A stretch of 64,000 bases of DNA from NCBI GenBank assembly GCA_017621415.1, contig JAGATD010000053.1, forward strand, positions 96 to 64,095, written 5' to 3'. Every line of letters begins with the position of its first letter. Within the stretch, counting starts at the first letter, position 1. This document shows, piece by piece, positions 37,658 to 47,600 of this stretch. The translations under genes and the position numbers were made by a program. The DNA comes from Clostridia bacterium. Lineage in GTDB: Bacteria; Bacillota; Clostridia; Oscillospirales; CAG-272. The notes under the pieces were generated by a model, which did not search any database, had not been told where the DNA came from, and saw only the letters and a list, made by a program, of their open reading frames with translations.

Positions 37658-38470
37658 TTAAATAAGCGGTCTGAGAAGAGCAACTCTGTCTCTTGCGCCC
37701 ATGTCCTTGTAAATACGGCAGGACATTTTGTTTTCCTCTGCGATAGAACGCAGCATATCGGCTTGGTCAAATCCTATTTCGTATGCAATAAAGCCTTTTG
37801 GGTCGATGATGTCTCTGTACAAGGGGGTAAGGACTCTGTAAAAATCTCCTCCGTCATTTCCGCCTACAAAGGCGGATTTCGGCTCCTTGAAAATCTCCGG
37901 CTCGAGAGTCTTGTAACACTCGTCAGCCACATAAGGGGGATTGGACAAAACCGCAAACACCCTGTCGCACACAGGCGCTAAGGTGGCATCTGCAAGCAGG
38001 AATTTTACCCTGTCCGAAACTCCGAGAAGCTCGGCGTTTTTCTTGGCAACCGAGAGTGCGCCCTCGGATATATCAACCGCCAACGCAGTAGTGTTTTTTG
38101 TATTTCTCAGAGTAGAGAGGGCAACGCAGCCTGAGCCTGTGCCAATGTCAATAAAGCTCTCGCCATCGGGTATCATGGATACCGCTATATCAACCAGAAG
38201 CTCTGTGTCAGAGCGGGGAATAAGACAGTCGGGAGTGACAATGTAGCTTTCGTTATAAAAATCGATACTGCCTATGATATAAGCCAATGGCTCTCTGTCG
38301 GCTCTTCTGTAAACGGCCTTTATTGCCTCCTCGCTCTCTGTTTTGTAAGATGGGGTAAGCAGCTTGTAAAGAGGCTCGCCTCCAACTGTTGCGAAAATTA
38401 TTCTCGCCTCGTGTCTTGCGTCATCAATGCCTGCTGCTTCAAGTATTTTTTCAGCCTCGTTTAGTGTCAC
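37658..38470 (-). CDS. prmC: Release-factor glutamine N5-methyltransferase
   Basis: SAM motif DIGTGSG and the NPPY motif. Confidence 0.85.
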   Translation of the reverse strand: MTLNEAEKILEAAGIDDARHEARIIFATVGGEPLYKLLTPSYKTESEEAIKAVYRRADREPLAYIIGSIDFYNESYIVTPDCLIPRSDTELLVDIAVSMIPDGESFIDIGTGSGCVALSTLRNTKNTTALAVDISEGALSVAKKNAELLGVSDRVKFLLADATLAPVCDRVFAVLSNPPYVADECYKTLEPEIFKEPKSAFVGGNDGGDFYRVLTPLYRDIIDPKGFIAYEIGFDQADMLRSIAEENKMSCRIYKDMGARDRVALLRPLI

Positions 38471-39837
38471 AGATAATTACCTCTCCTGCTGATATCAACG
38501 CTTCCGTCTGAAAGATTGATGCGCATGCAGGTGTCCTTGCGGAGCTTTGCCGAACCAAATCTTATTTTGCGTTTGCTCTTTACGGTCGCAACACCGGGCG
38601 CAGGCTTCTTTTTGCGAGGAGCCTTTCCCTTTTTCTCTCTTGGCTTTTTCTCTTTGCGGGGCTTTTCCTTAGGCGCCTCGTCTTCTGATACTATAGGCGC
38701 AGCAGGGGAGTCAGCCGCTTCTGCCTTGCTTGTATTTTCTTCGGGCTCTTCGGTCTGCTCCTCATAAGCCTCGATATTACTGTCTTCGGTTTCTTCAAGA
38801 AGGGTGTCAGCCTCCTCGCCCTCGGGCTTCTCCGGCTCCCATGCTCTGTCCTCATAGAACTTAAGGAACTCGGGGAACTCGTCTCTGAGAGCGCATTTAA
38901 TCGAGGTTATGGCAACCTCAAGCATATCGGGAGTAGGCTCCTTTGTGGTAATTCTCTGCACCCAAAGACCGGGGGTGGATATAACTCTTGTTACAATGTT
39001 GTCATGCTTACCCGCAAGCATTATAACCTCGTATCCTATACCCATAAGCAAGGGAAGAATAAGTATGCGTATTCCCGAGTATGCCCACACGCTGAGTCCG
39101 GGGATAAGCTGCTTAATGATAAGTCCCGCAAAGATTCCTAGAAGAATCATAAAGAACATAAAGCTTGTTCCGCAACGGGGGTGGAAGCGCTTGTGCTTTG
39201 CTGCGTTCTCGGGTGTAAGCTCGTCGCCCGCCTCAAAGCAGGCAATAGACTTGTGCTCGGCTCCGTGGTACATAAAGGTGCGCTTTATGTCGGGCATGAG
39301 AGAAACAAGAGAAAGATAAGCAATAAAAATTCCAACCTTAACAACACCCTCAACCACTGCCGACAGGACTCCTAAAGAAAGTCCGAATAGCGACAGAACC
39401 CAGTCAATAGCATAGGAAATCCAGCCAGGCAGCAGTACAAAAAGCAATACCGAAAGGCCAAGACCAAGTATAAGCGAAACAACCATAATAAAATCGGTAA
39501 TTCCAACACCCAGTCTTTTAGCCAGCCACTTTTCAAACTTTGACGGCTCCTCCTCTTCAAGTCCAAGAGCATCGGCAGATGCGCCTAAGGTTTTAAACGA
39601 GAGAATCATCATCTCTATAAAGTTTACAACTCCGCGAATAACGGGAATGTTAAGAATTTTGTATTTTTTTCTGATAGATTTAAAGCTGTCGTCGGTAACA
39701 ACAAGCGAGCCGTCAGCCTTTCTGCAGGTGGTAACAGTGCGCTCACCCGCCTTCATCATAACACCTTCAAGCACTGCCTGTCCGCCAACCTTGTTAAGAC
39801 GGCAGGAGAGCTCGTTACTTAATCTCTTTTTTGCCAT
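38467..39837 (-). CDS. DUF1385 membrane protein with a ~130-aa acidic-then-basic C-terminal extension
   Basis: GGQAVLEGVMM, HGAEHK, and HPRCGTSF motifs. The tail is EEPEE... followed by KEKPRKEKKPREKKGKAPRKKK. Confidence 0.75.
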   Translation of the reverse strand: MAKKRLSNELSCRLNKVGGQAVLEGVMMKAGERTVTTCRKADGSLVVTDDSFKSIRKKYKILNIPVIRGVVNFIEMMILSFKTLGASADALGLEEEEPSKFEKWLAKRLGVGITDFIMVVSLILGLGLSVLLFVLLPGWISYAIDWVLSLFGLSLGVLSAVVEGVVKVGIFIAYLSLVSLMPDIKRTFMYHGAEHKSIACFEAGDELTPENAAKHKRFHPRCGTSFMFFMILLGIFAGLIIKQLIPGLSVWAYSGIRILILPLLMGIGYEVIMLAGKHDNIVTRVISTPGLWVQRITTKEPTPDMLEVAITSIKCALRDEFPEFLKFYEDRAWEPEKPEGEEADTLLEETEDSNIEAYEEQTEEPEENTSKAEAADSPAAPIVSEDEAPKEKPRKEKKPREKKGKAPRKKKPAPGVATVKSKRKIRFGSAKLRKDTCMRINLSDGSVDISRRGNYL

Positions 39838-40006
39838 TTTTATTATCCTTTTTGTTTGTTTTGAAAATCGGCGATACCTCGCTGATTATATCATTATAGC
39901 ATATATAGAGAAAAAAATAAATAGAAAATAAAAAATTTACATTTATTTTTTAGCACCATAGACACAAAAAGAAAAGACCCAAAGCTTGTCCTTGGGCCTG
40001 TTATGC

Positions 40007-40462
40007 TTATAATGCTATTATTTCTGTCTTCTGATTGAACGAATGCCGTTTAATAAAGCTTGTGGCGTCGAAACGTGAGTCCTGCGGGTATATAACGGTA
40101 TCAGCTCGGTTGATTACATTAATATCACGAAGTTTTTCAGCTTCTTTCGGTGTGTGTGCTGTAAGAGCAACGTCAAAGGATATAAGCCCCTTTTCTATCA
40201 AGTCGCCTTTGCCCGACCGCATCAGCTCATTAAGAAAGATGTCGTTTGATAAAACCGCAAAAAAGCTGACGGATGGGTAATGCTTGCTAAGATTACATAA
40301 AAGCTTAAAAACCTCGTTATCTCCGTCTATCCCCGCACTGACAAAAAGAACCTCGCCTCGGTCTAACCTTGTCACTAATATTTCCTCAAGCTCGGGAATT
40401 TTTTCCTCACTGAAATCCTCAGCGCCTAAAATCGCTATTATCTTGCGGTTTTGTAAATTCAA
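40007..40462 (-). CDS. Hypothetical protein (weak resemblance to SLOG/DUF1273 Rossmannoid proteins)
   Basis: 151-aa ORF. KIIAILGAEDF...VSAGIDGDNEVFKLL...YPSVSFFAVL resembles the YpsA layout, but the Gly motif is degenerate. Confidence 0.5.
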   Translation of the reverse strand: MNLQNRKIIAILGAEDFSEEKIPELEEILVTRLDRGEVLFVSAGIDGDNEVFKLLCNLSKHYPSVSFFAVLSNDIFLNELMRSGKGDLIEKGLISFDVALTAHTPKEAEKLRDINVINRADTVIYPQDSRFDATSFIKRHSFNQKTEIIAL

Positions 40463-40601
40463 TGTTTTGTACCTCTTTTTATTAATTTATTCGGTCATTT
40501 GGTGAATTTATTATAGCATAATTAAAGTAAAACTGTCAATATGTGAAATTAATTAATAGTGTAGGAAAAGAAAAGAGGATATACTAGCTCTATAAAGCAG
40601 A

Positions 40602-40868
40602 ATGGAGTTGGGCAGAATGACAAACACATATGACGAGAGAGCTAAAAAGGACTTAGTGCAAATAGGCATAAATATTGCGGCGTTGAGAAAAGCAAAACAA
40701 TATTCACAAGAGGTACTTGCGGAAAAGGTTGGATTATCAACGGTAGATATTAGCCTAATAGAGTCTGTGAATGTTGATAATAACTGTTCGATGGAAGTTA
40801 TTTATAGCATAGCGTCTGCTCTTGATGTAGCTCCGGAAGAACTCTTTAAAGGTACAAGCGCATTTTAG
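40602..40868 (+). CDS. XRE-family HTH regulator
   Basis: HTH YSQEVLAEKVGLSTVDISLIE. An alternative start at 40617 has a better RBS spacing. Confidence 0.75.
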   Translation: MELGRMTNTYDERAKKDLVQIGINIAALRKAKQYSQEVLAEKVGLSTVDISLIESVNVDNNCSMEVIYSIASALDVAPEELFKGTSAF

Positions 40869-40885
40869 AGTAAGGAGAATTTAAA

Positions 40886-41161
40886 ATGGCAAAAACTGTT
40901 AGCTTTGAAAACAGAGATAAATTTGTTCAACTGGGAATTGCAATATCTGCTCTTCGCCGTTTTCGCGGTATGACACAACAGGATTTAGCTGAAAGGATTG
41001 GTGTTTCTCGAGACACCATTCGTAATATAGAAAATCCTAATGTAATTCGGTCATTTTCTGCCGATACTTTTTTAAAGATTACCTATGCTCTTGATGTAAA
41101 GGCGGATGTTTTGCTGAATGCTTCTGTTTTTCCCGATAAGATATTGAGCAACAAAAAATAA
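40886..41161 (+). CDS. XRE-family HTH regulator (paralogue of the preceding gene)
   Basis: HTH MTQQDLAERIGVSRDTIRNIE. RBS AAGGAGA. Confidence 0.8.
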   Translation: MAKTVSFENRDKFVQLGIAISALRRFRGMTQQDLAERIGVSRDTIRNIENPNVIRSFSADTFLKITYALDVKADVLLNASVFPDKILSNKK

Positions 41162-41204
41162 GAATAGCGAACGAATAAAAATTACGAAAATAAGAATAAC
41201 TAAC

Positions 41205-41329
41205 GGGCCGCCTGTGACGCCGGTCCCTACGGTTGTACATTCAAATTGCGATAAGAGTTTGTATTTGCTAACAAAGCAATTTCGCAAAATGTGCACTCTG
41301 ATTGTAGGGACCGGCGTTACAGGCGGTCC
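41205..41329 (+). ncRNA. Candidate structured RNA: 26-bp GC-rich stem enclosing further helices
   Basis: 41205-41230 pairs with 41304-41329 (24 Watson-Crick pairs plus 2 G-U). Inner helices are 41234-41241/41288-41295, 41246-41250/41283-41287 and 41265-41269/41275-41279. Confidence 0.5.
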
Positions 41330-41397
41330 TAACAAAAACTCAAGAGCCTTTGAATGCAGAATTGTTTGAAATCTTCAGATTGTTCAAATATTTTTAG

Positions 41398-41426
41398 TTG
41401 ACAACCGCTATTATATATGTTAAAAT
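41398..41426 (+). promoter_or_regulatory. Sigma-70-like promoter of the thyX-like/nadE unit
   Basis: TTGACA, 17-nt spacer, TAAAAT. Confidence 0.55.
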
Positions 41427-41465
41427 AAAAGTTAGAAAATTTTAAGACAAAAAAGGAGAAGAGCC

Positions 41466-42095
41466 ATGTTAAAGGTTGAGCAAATTTCTGTTATGAATTT
41501 TGAAAATGCTATAAGAGGAGCCAGAAACCCTATGAACAGCTGGGCAAAAATGGACTCTTATTACGACGAGGACGGCAATTATGTTCTCGGCGAAAACGAT
41601 ATATCGCTGGCAACAAGGCTTGCAAAGGCCGGCTCGGACCACAGAAAATTTTTGCGCCAGGTTATGGTGTCTATGGATATTACCGCACCCCTTTACTGGT
41701 GGAAGGAATTTGATACATACAAGGTGGGCACGGTTGCTAACTCCACATCAACAATGCATAAAATTCAGGCTAAGGAGTTTTCCCGCGAGGACTTCTCCTG
41801 TGACAGAATGAGTGAGGATTGCCTTAATGTTCTTGATTCTGTTATAGCCTATCTCGAGGGTGAGAGAATTAAGTTTATTGAGACTAAAGAAAAGCAGTAT
41901 TGGCATAATATGATTCAGCTTCTCCCCTCGTCATATAACCAAATGCGTACTGTTACCATGAATTACGAGGTGTTGATAAACATCTATTACGCGAGACGTC
42001 ACCACAAGCTTGCCGAGTGGCACGTGCTTTGCGACGCTATTGAGAATTTGCCTTACGCAAAGGAGCTTATCCTTGTTAAAAAAGAGGAAGAATAA
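41466..42095 (+). CDS. ThyX-fold (Thy1-like) protein lacking the RHR signature
   Basis: It can be aligned by eye to ThyX (DHRKFLRQVMVSMDITAPLYWW..F). DTY(X)7S replaces RHR(X)7S. Confidence 0.65.
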   Translation: MLKVEQISVMNFENAIRGARNPMNSWAKMDSYYDEDGNYVLGENDISLATRLAKAGSDHRKFLRQVMVSMDITAPLYWWKEFDTYKVGTVANSTSTMHKIQAKEFSREDFSCDRMSEDCLNVLDSVIAYLEGERIKFIETKEKQYWHNMIQLLPSSYNQMRTVTMNYEVLINIYYARRHHKLAEWHVLCDAIENLPYAKELILVKKEEE

Positions 42096-43979
42096 ATGAA
42101 ACACGGAATAATTAAGGTTGCGGCAGCAACACCCGCTATAAGAGTTGCGGATATAAAAAATAATCTTACCGAGTGTATAAGACTTGCAGGCGAGGCAGCA
42201 GAGAGGGGAGCGAAAATTCTTGTTTTTCCCGAGCTTACGCTTACCGGTGCGACTGCCGGCGACCTCTTCTTTACCAAAACACTTCTTTCATCGGCTGAGG
42301 ATGCGCTTTCGGAATTTGCAGATGCTACGGCAGATATGGACATACTTGCCTTTATCGGTCTGCCTGTGTCGTTTGGCGGCAGGGTATATAACGCAGTTTG
42401 CGCAACAAACAAGGGCGATATACTTGCTGTGATTCCAAAGCAGCAGCTCTCCTCTGCGCAAGCAAGATGTTTCGGCACAAGCGATGAGAGCTTTGAGGTG
42501 GTTTTCGCAGGGCAGGAGACATTCTTCGGCAGCGATTTGCTTCTCTCGTGCGACTCTGTTGACGATTTGACGGTTGCTGTATCGGTGGGCTCGGAGATAG
42601 AATCCCCATTAAGCACCACCCGCCTTGCGGCTCTTTCGGGCGCTTCTGTAATAGTTAATCCTTATGCCGCTCCCGAGCTTGTCTGCCGCGGTGAAAAGGA
42701 TATTGCGTTCCTCAAATCAGAGAGCCGGGTAAGCTTGTCCTGCATAATAAGAGCAGAGGCCGGCTTTGGCGAAAGCGGAACAGACGGTGTATATTCGGGC
42801 AGGTCGGTAATTGCCGAAAGAGGTAATATTCTCTCGGTTGCCGAACCTTATACCGACGGACTTATATATGCGGATATTGATACCGAGTTTATTAACAAGG
42901 ACCGTCTCGTATCGGGCGAATTCGGCGGTGAGTCGGGAGATTATACTCTCGTTGATTTCAGTCTTGATGTGACAGAAACCAGGCTTGAAAATGCTCCCGC
43001 AAGGCTTCCCTTTGTTCCTGAGGGCGAGGAGCTGAAAAAGAGATGCTCAGACATAATCAAAATACAGTCTTATGCGCTTGCGGGCAGAATAAAGCGCTCT
43101 TACTCCAAGGGAGCTGTTGTCGGTGTTTCTGGCGGACTCGACTCAACACTTGCGCTTCTTGTGGCAGCTGAGGCTATGGATATTCTCGGTGAGAGCCGTG
43201 AAAAAATTCTTGCTGTTACCATGCCCTGCTTCGGAACAACAAAGAGAACTAAAGGAAATGCCGAGCGCCTTGCCGAAAGCCTCGGAGCAACGCTTAAATG
43301 TATAGATATAAAGGCATCTGTAAGTCAGCATTTTGCCGATATAGGTCATAATCCCGATGATTTCAGTGTGGTTTATGAAAATGCTCAGGCAAGAGAGCGC
43401 ACTCAGGTGCTTATGGATATAGCAAATGCCGAGGGAGCTTTAGTCGTCGGTACAGGCGACCTTTCAGAGCTTGCCCTTGGCTGGGCGACCTACAACGGAG
43501 ACCATATGTCCATGTACGGAGTAAATGCGGGCATACCTAAAACCCTTATGAGATATATAGTTTCGTACTTTGCGGATAAGGCAGAGGGCGAGGGAAAAAT
43601 TAAGGTTGCGGATGTGCTCCGCGATGTGCTTAACACTCCTGTCAGCCCTGAGCTTTTGCCGCCTAAAGACGGTGAGATAGCCCAGTGTACGGAGGGGATA
43701 GTAGGACCCTATGAGCTGCATGACTTCTTCCTCTGGTACCACGTGCGCTATGGTGCATCCCCCGACAAAATTCTCCGTCTTGCATCTGCCGCCTTTGACG
43801 GTGAATATGACGAAGAAACGGTAAAGGGCTGGCTTAAGGTATTTCTCCGCCGCTTCTTCTCTCAGCAGTTTAAGCGCTCCTGTCTGCCCGACGGACCTAA
43901 GGTTGGCTCTGTTGGATTCTCCCCCAGAGGCGATTTTAATATGCCATCTGATGCGGTTAGTGCGCTTTGGAATATATAA
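42096..43979 (+). CDS. nadE: Glutamine-dependent NAD+ synthetase
   Basis: N-terminal CN-hydrolase domain (VFPELTLTG) plus a synthetase domain (GVSGGLDST). Confidence 0.9.
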   Translation: MKHGIIKVAAATPAIRVADIKNNLTECIRLAGEAAERGAKILVFPELTLTGATAGDLFFTKTLLSSAEDALSEFADATADMDILAFIGLPVSFGGRVYNAVCATNKGDILAVIPKQQLSSAQARCFGTSDESFEVVFAGQETFFGSDLLLSCDSVDDLTVAVSVGSEIESPLSTTRLAALSGASVIVNPYAAPELVCRGEKDIAFLKSESRVSLSCIIRAEAGFGESGTDGVYSGRSVIAERGNILSVAEPYTDGLIYADIDTEFINKDRLVSGEFGGESGDYTLVDFSLDVTETRLENAPARLPFVPEGEELKKRCSDIIKIQSYALAGRIKRSYSKGAVVGVSGGLDSTLALLVAAEAMDILGESREKILAVTMPCFGTTKRTKGNAERLAESLGATLKCIDIKASVSQHFADIGHNPDDFSVVYENAQARERTQVLMDIANAEGALVVGTGDLSELALGWATYNGDHMSMYGVNAGIPKTLMRYIVSYFADKAEGEGKIKVADVLRDVLNTPVSPELLPPKDGEIAQCTEGIVGPYELHDFFLWYHVRYGASPDKILRLASAAFDGEYDEETVKGWLKVFLRRFFSQQFKRSCLPDGPKVGSVGFSPRGDFNMPSDAVSALWNI

Positions 43980-43998
43980 AAGCGAGTTTTTGTAAACA

Positions 43999-44625
43999 AT
44001 GGCTAACATATTTGACCTTTTTAAGAAAATTGAGAGCACTTCCGCTTCTGCCGCTCCCGTAACTCATATAGTTGTAGGGCTTGGAAACATCGGTAAGCAG
44101 TATGAAAAAACCAGACACAATGCGGGATTTATTGCAATAGACCGTATTGCCGAGGTCTGGGGGTGCAAAATTGACAGGGTGAAGTTTCACTCCACTGTCG
44201 GTGAGGCAACTTTCAAGGATAAAAGAATACTCCTTATGAAGCCCTCGACTCTTATGAATAATTCGGGTGTTGCTATCGGTGAGGCTGCCGCCTTTTATAA
44301 GATACCGCCCGAAAATGTTATAGTTCTTCACGACGAAATAAGCTTTGACCCCGGAGTAATACGAATAAGACGCAAGGGCTCGGCAGGCGGTCACAACGGA
44401 TTAAAGAGCGTTATTGCCCACCTTTCATCTGAGGATTTTCCGAGAATTAAGATAGGTGTCGGAAAAAAGCCTACCCCTGACTACGACCTTGTTGACTGGG
44501 TGCTTGGTAAATTTCCCGATGCCGACATTAAGGCTATTTCCGACAGGCTTGATGATATAAGGCTTGCCTGCGAGGATATTATCTGCGGAAATATTGATTC
44601 CGCAATGAACAAGTATTCAAAATAA
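43999..44625 (+). CDS. pth: Peptidyl-tRNA hydrolase
   Basis: VGLGNIGKQYEKTRHNAGF and GSAGGHNGLKS motifs. Confidence 0.9.
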   Translation: MANIFDLFKKIESTSASAAPVTHIVVGLGNIGKQYEKTRHNAGFIAIDRIAEVWGCKIDRVKFHSTVGEATFKDKRILLMKPSTLMNNSGVAIGEAAAFYKIPPENVIVLHDEISFDPGVIRIRRKGSAGGHNGLKSVIAHLSSEDFPRIKIGVGKKPTPDYDLVDWVLGKFPDADIKAISDRLDDIRLACEDIICGNIDSAMNKYSK

Positions 44626-44643
44626 ATTATAAAGAGAAAAAGA

Positions 44644-47600
44644 ATGCAAGGTATAACAGCTCTTATCAGAGCAGACAAGGAGTATCGCGCCTTTCTCGAC
44701 ACCCTGAAAGAAGCCTTTTACAAAAAGGAAGAGCTTTTACCCATTGCGGTAAACGGTCTTTCGGGCGGTGCCGAGGCGGCATTTATTGCCGAGACCGTAA
44801 AGGAAGCCGTAAGGCTTTCGGGTGAGCCCGTTTTAATCTTTGTTTCGGGCGACACAGAGCGAGAAAAGCTTGTCAGCGCACTCTCTGCCCAAGGCGTCAG
44901 AGTCCGAGGGTATAAGAAGAGGGAAAGAGTATTTCATAATATCAGAGCCTCCCACGACATAGAGCGTGAGAGGCTATCGGTGCTTTCGGAGATAATATCC
45001 GGTGGGTGCGATGCGGTAGTTACTACGCCCTCGGCAGCCCTTTCATACACAGTTCCCGAAAAAACACTTATGGACCTTACTCTGTCGCTTAAGGTAGGAC
45101 ACATCATCTCTCCGGAGGAGCTATCCGAGAGGCTTGTAACATTGGGCTTTGTCAGGGTTGATACCGTTGACGGCAGAGGACAGTTTTCAAAGAGGGGCGG
45201 TATTATAGACTTTTTTGGCGGTGAGGAGGAGTCCCCCGTAAGAATTGAATTTTTCGGCGACGAGATAGACCGCCTTGTTTACTTTGACCCTCTGACACAG
45301 CGCACTCTTGGAGAATGTGATGAGGCAAGGCTTCTGCCCGCCTGCGAAGTGCTTTTATCAACCAAGGCAAGAGAGCGGATCTTGGCTTGTGCCGAAGATC
45401 TTAAGAAAAAAGCCAAGGACAGCATTACCGCCGAAAAGCTGTCCCGCGAATGCGCAGTGCTTGAGAGCGGACTGGGAGTTGATTTTAGAGACAGATATTT
45501 CGGCTTGGTTTATGATAGTCTTGAAAATCTTCTTTCTTACTTTAAGGATTTTCCGAGGACTGTTACTCTTTCGGTAGGCAGTACAGAGTGCCTTGATGAG
45601 CTTAACAATTATCTGAAGTCTCAAAACGAAGAAAGACAGGGCTTTATCGATGCGGGACTTATAACCGAAGAGGTCGCAAGATATACAGGCAGCGAGGCGG
45701 ATTACAAAAAATTCCTTGACGATAGCCTGACAGTGTATGAAAATCCATTTGCGGGAGGTCTTGGAGGAAAACGTCTCGCAGGGCTTTTTGGCTTCAGATG
45801 CCGAAAAACCGTTTCGTACGGCGGAAATTCCTCAATGCTGAAAGAGGACCTTGTCTCCTTCAGAAAGGGCGGATACAGAGTGCTTATTCTGTGTGAAAAC
45901 CGACAGGGAGCAGACTCTCTTGCTGAGGCTCTTGCAGCTGAGGACATAGCTATAGCCCGTGTGTACGATAGTCCTGATTTTGACCTTTCTTCAGCAGAGG
46001 GGGGCAGAATATTTGTAACCGTCGGAGACCTTCAGGGCTTTGATCTTATAACGCCTAAAATTGCCGTTATATCAATGGCAAAGGACGAGGGACGGGCGGT
46101 AATGAGCCACCGTAAGCGCCAGCGCATACTTCGCGAGGCGGGAGCGCCGAAGCGTCTTATGAGCTATGCCGAGCTTACTCCCGGTGACTATGTTGTGCAC
46201 GCAAACTACGGTATAGGCCTATTTGAGGGTATTGAGACCGTAACTGCCGCAGGCGTTACAAAGGATTATATAACTATAAAATATGCGGGAACAGATAAGC
46301 TCTTTGTTCCCTGCGACCGCCTTGAAATGATAGGTAAATATATCGGAGCCAGAGATAAAGACGGAACTGTAAAGCTTTCTAAAATGGGCGGTTCGGATTG
46401 GTCAAGAGCCAAGTCTAAGGCAAAAAGAGCAGCAAAGGACATAGCCGACAGTCTTATAAAGCTTTATGCCGAGAGACAAAGGCTGCCGGGCTTTGCTTTC
46501 CCCGAGGACTCTGATTTCGAGAACTCATTCGCTGCTGCATTTGACTATGAGGAAACCGAGTCGCAAGCGGTTGCAATTAAGGAGATAATGGCGGATATGA
46601 CCCGCCCTGTGCCGATGAACCGCCTGCTTTGCGGTGATGTTGGATTTGGTAAAACCGAGGTAGCCCTAAGAGCCGCCTTTAAGGCCATAATGGGAGGAAA
46701 GCAGGTAGCATTTCTTGTTCCCACGACAATTCTTGCTCTTCAGCATTATCAGACAACCATCTCAAGAATGCGAGGCTTCCCGGTAACGGTAGAAATGCTT
46801 ACAAGGTTTAAGAAGCCGAAGGAGCAGGAGGAAATTTTACGTAAGGTAAAGAGGGGCGAGTGCGATATTCTGATAGGAACGCACAAGCTTCTTTCAAAAA
46901 AGCTTGAATTTCGTGATTTAGGTCTGCTTATCATAGATGAGGAGCAGCGCTTTGGCGTTTCACAAAAAGAAAAGCTTAAGGAAATGGCGAAAAATGTAGA
47001 CACCTTAACCCTTACCGCGACACCTATTCCGAGAACACTTAATATGGCGATAAACGGTATAAGCGATATTTCTATCCTTGACGAAGCACCGGGAGATCGC
47101 CGCCCTGTTCAGACATATGTTCTTGAGCATGACGAGACCTTGATACACGAGGCTATTCGCCGTGAAATGGCGAGAGGCGGACAAACACTTTATTTATATA
47201 ATAAGGTAGAGGACATAGACCTTGTCGCCTCCTCGATTTTGCGCGCCATTCCCGAGGCTCGAATTGCCTATGCTCACGGCAAAATGGAAAAAGAGGAAAT
47301 AGAGGACATCTGGCAAATGCTGGTAAAATCAGAGCTTGATGTTCTTGTTTGTACCACAATAATAGAAACCGGGGTAGACCTGCCTATGGCAAACACTCTG
47401 GTTATAGAAAATGCTGACAGATTTGGTCTTTCTCAGCTGCATCAGATAAGAGGAAGAGTAGGAAGAAGCAGCCGTCAGGCATATGCTTACTTCACTTATC
47501 GCCCGGGAAAGGCTCTTACAGAGGTTGCCGAGAAGAGGCTCAAGGCAATAAGGGAATATGCCGAGTTTGGCGCAGGATTTAAGATTGCTCTTTGCGACCT

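Noticed and set aside
41205-41329. Integron attC site or retron msr/msd
   Set aside because: The ends are not the inverted RYYYAAC/GTTRRRY cores (CTAAC occurs in direct orientation on both sides). No integrase or reverse transcriptase lies in the window.
41072-41335. 87-aa minus-strand ORF
   Set aside because: It spans the GC-rich inverted repeat, which accounts for its Pro/Gly/Val-rich mirror-like sequence, and overlaps the 3' end of the XRE gene. It has no RBS.
43999-44060. 20-aa N-terminal extension of Pth as something unusual
   Set aside because: The true start may simply be downstream, or the extension may be lineage-specific. No motif was found and it does not merit a finding.
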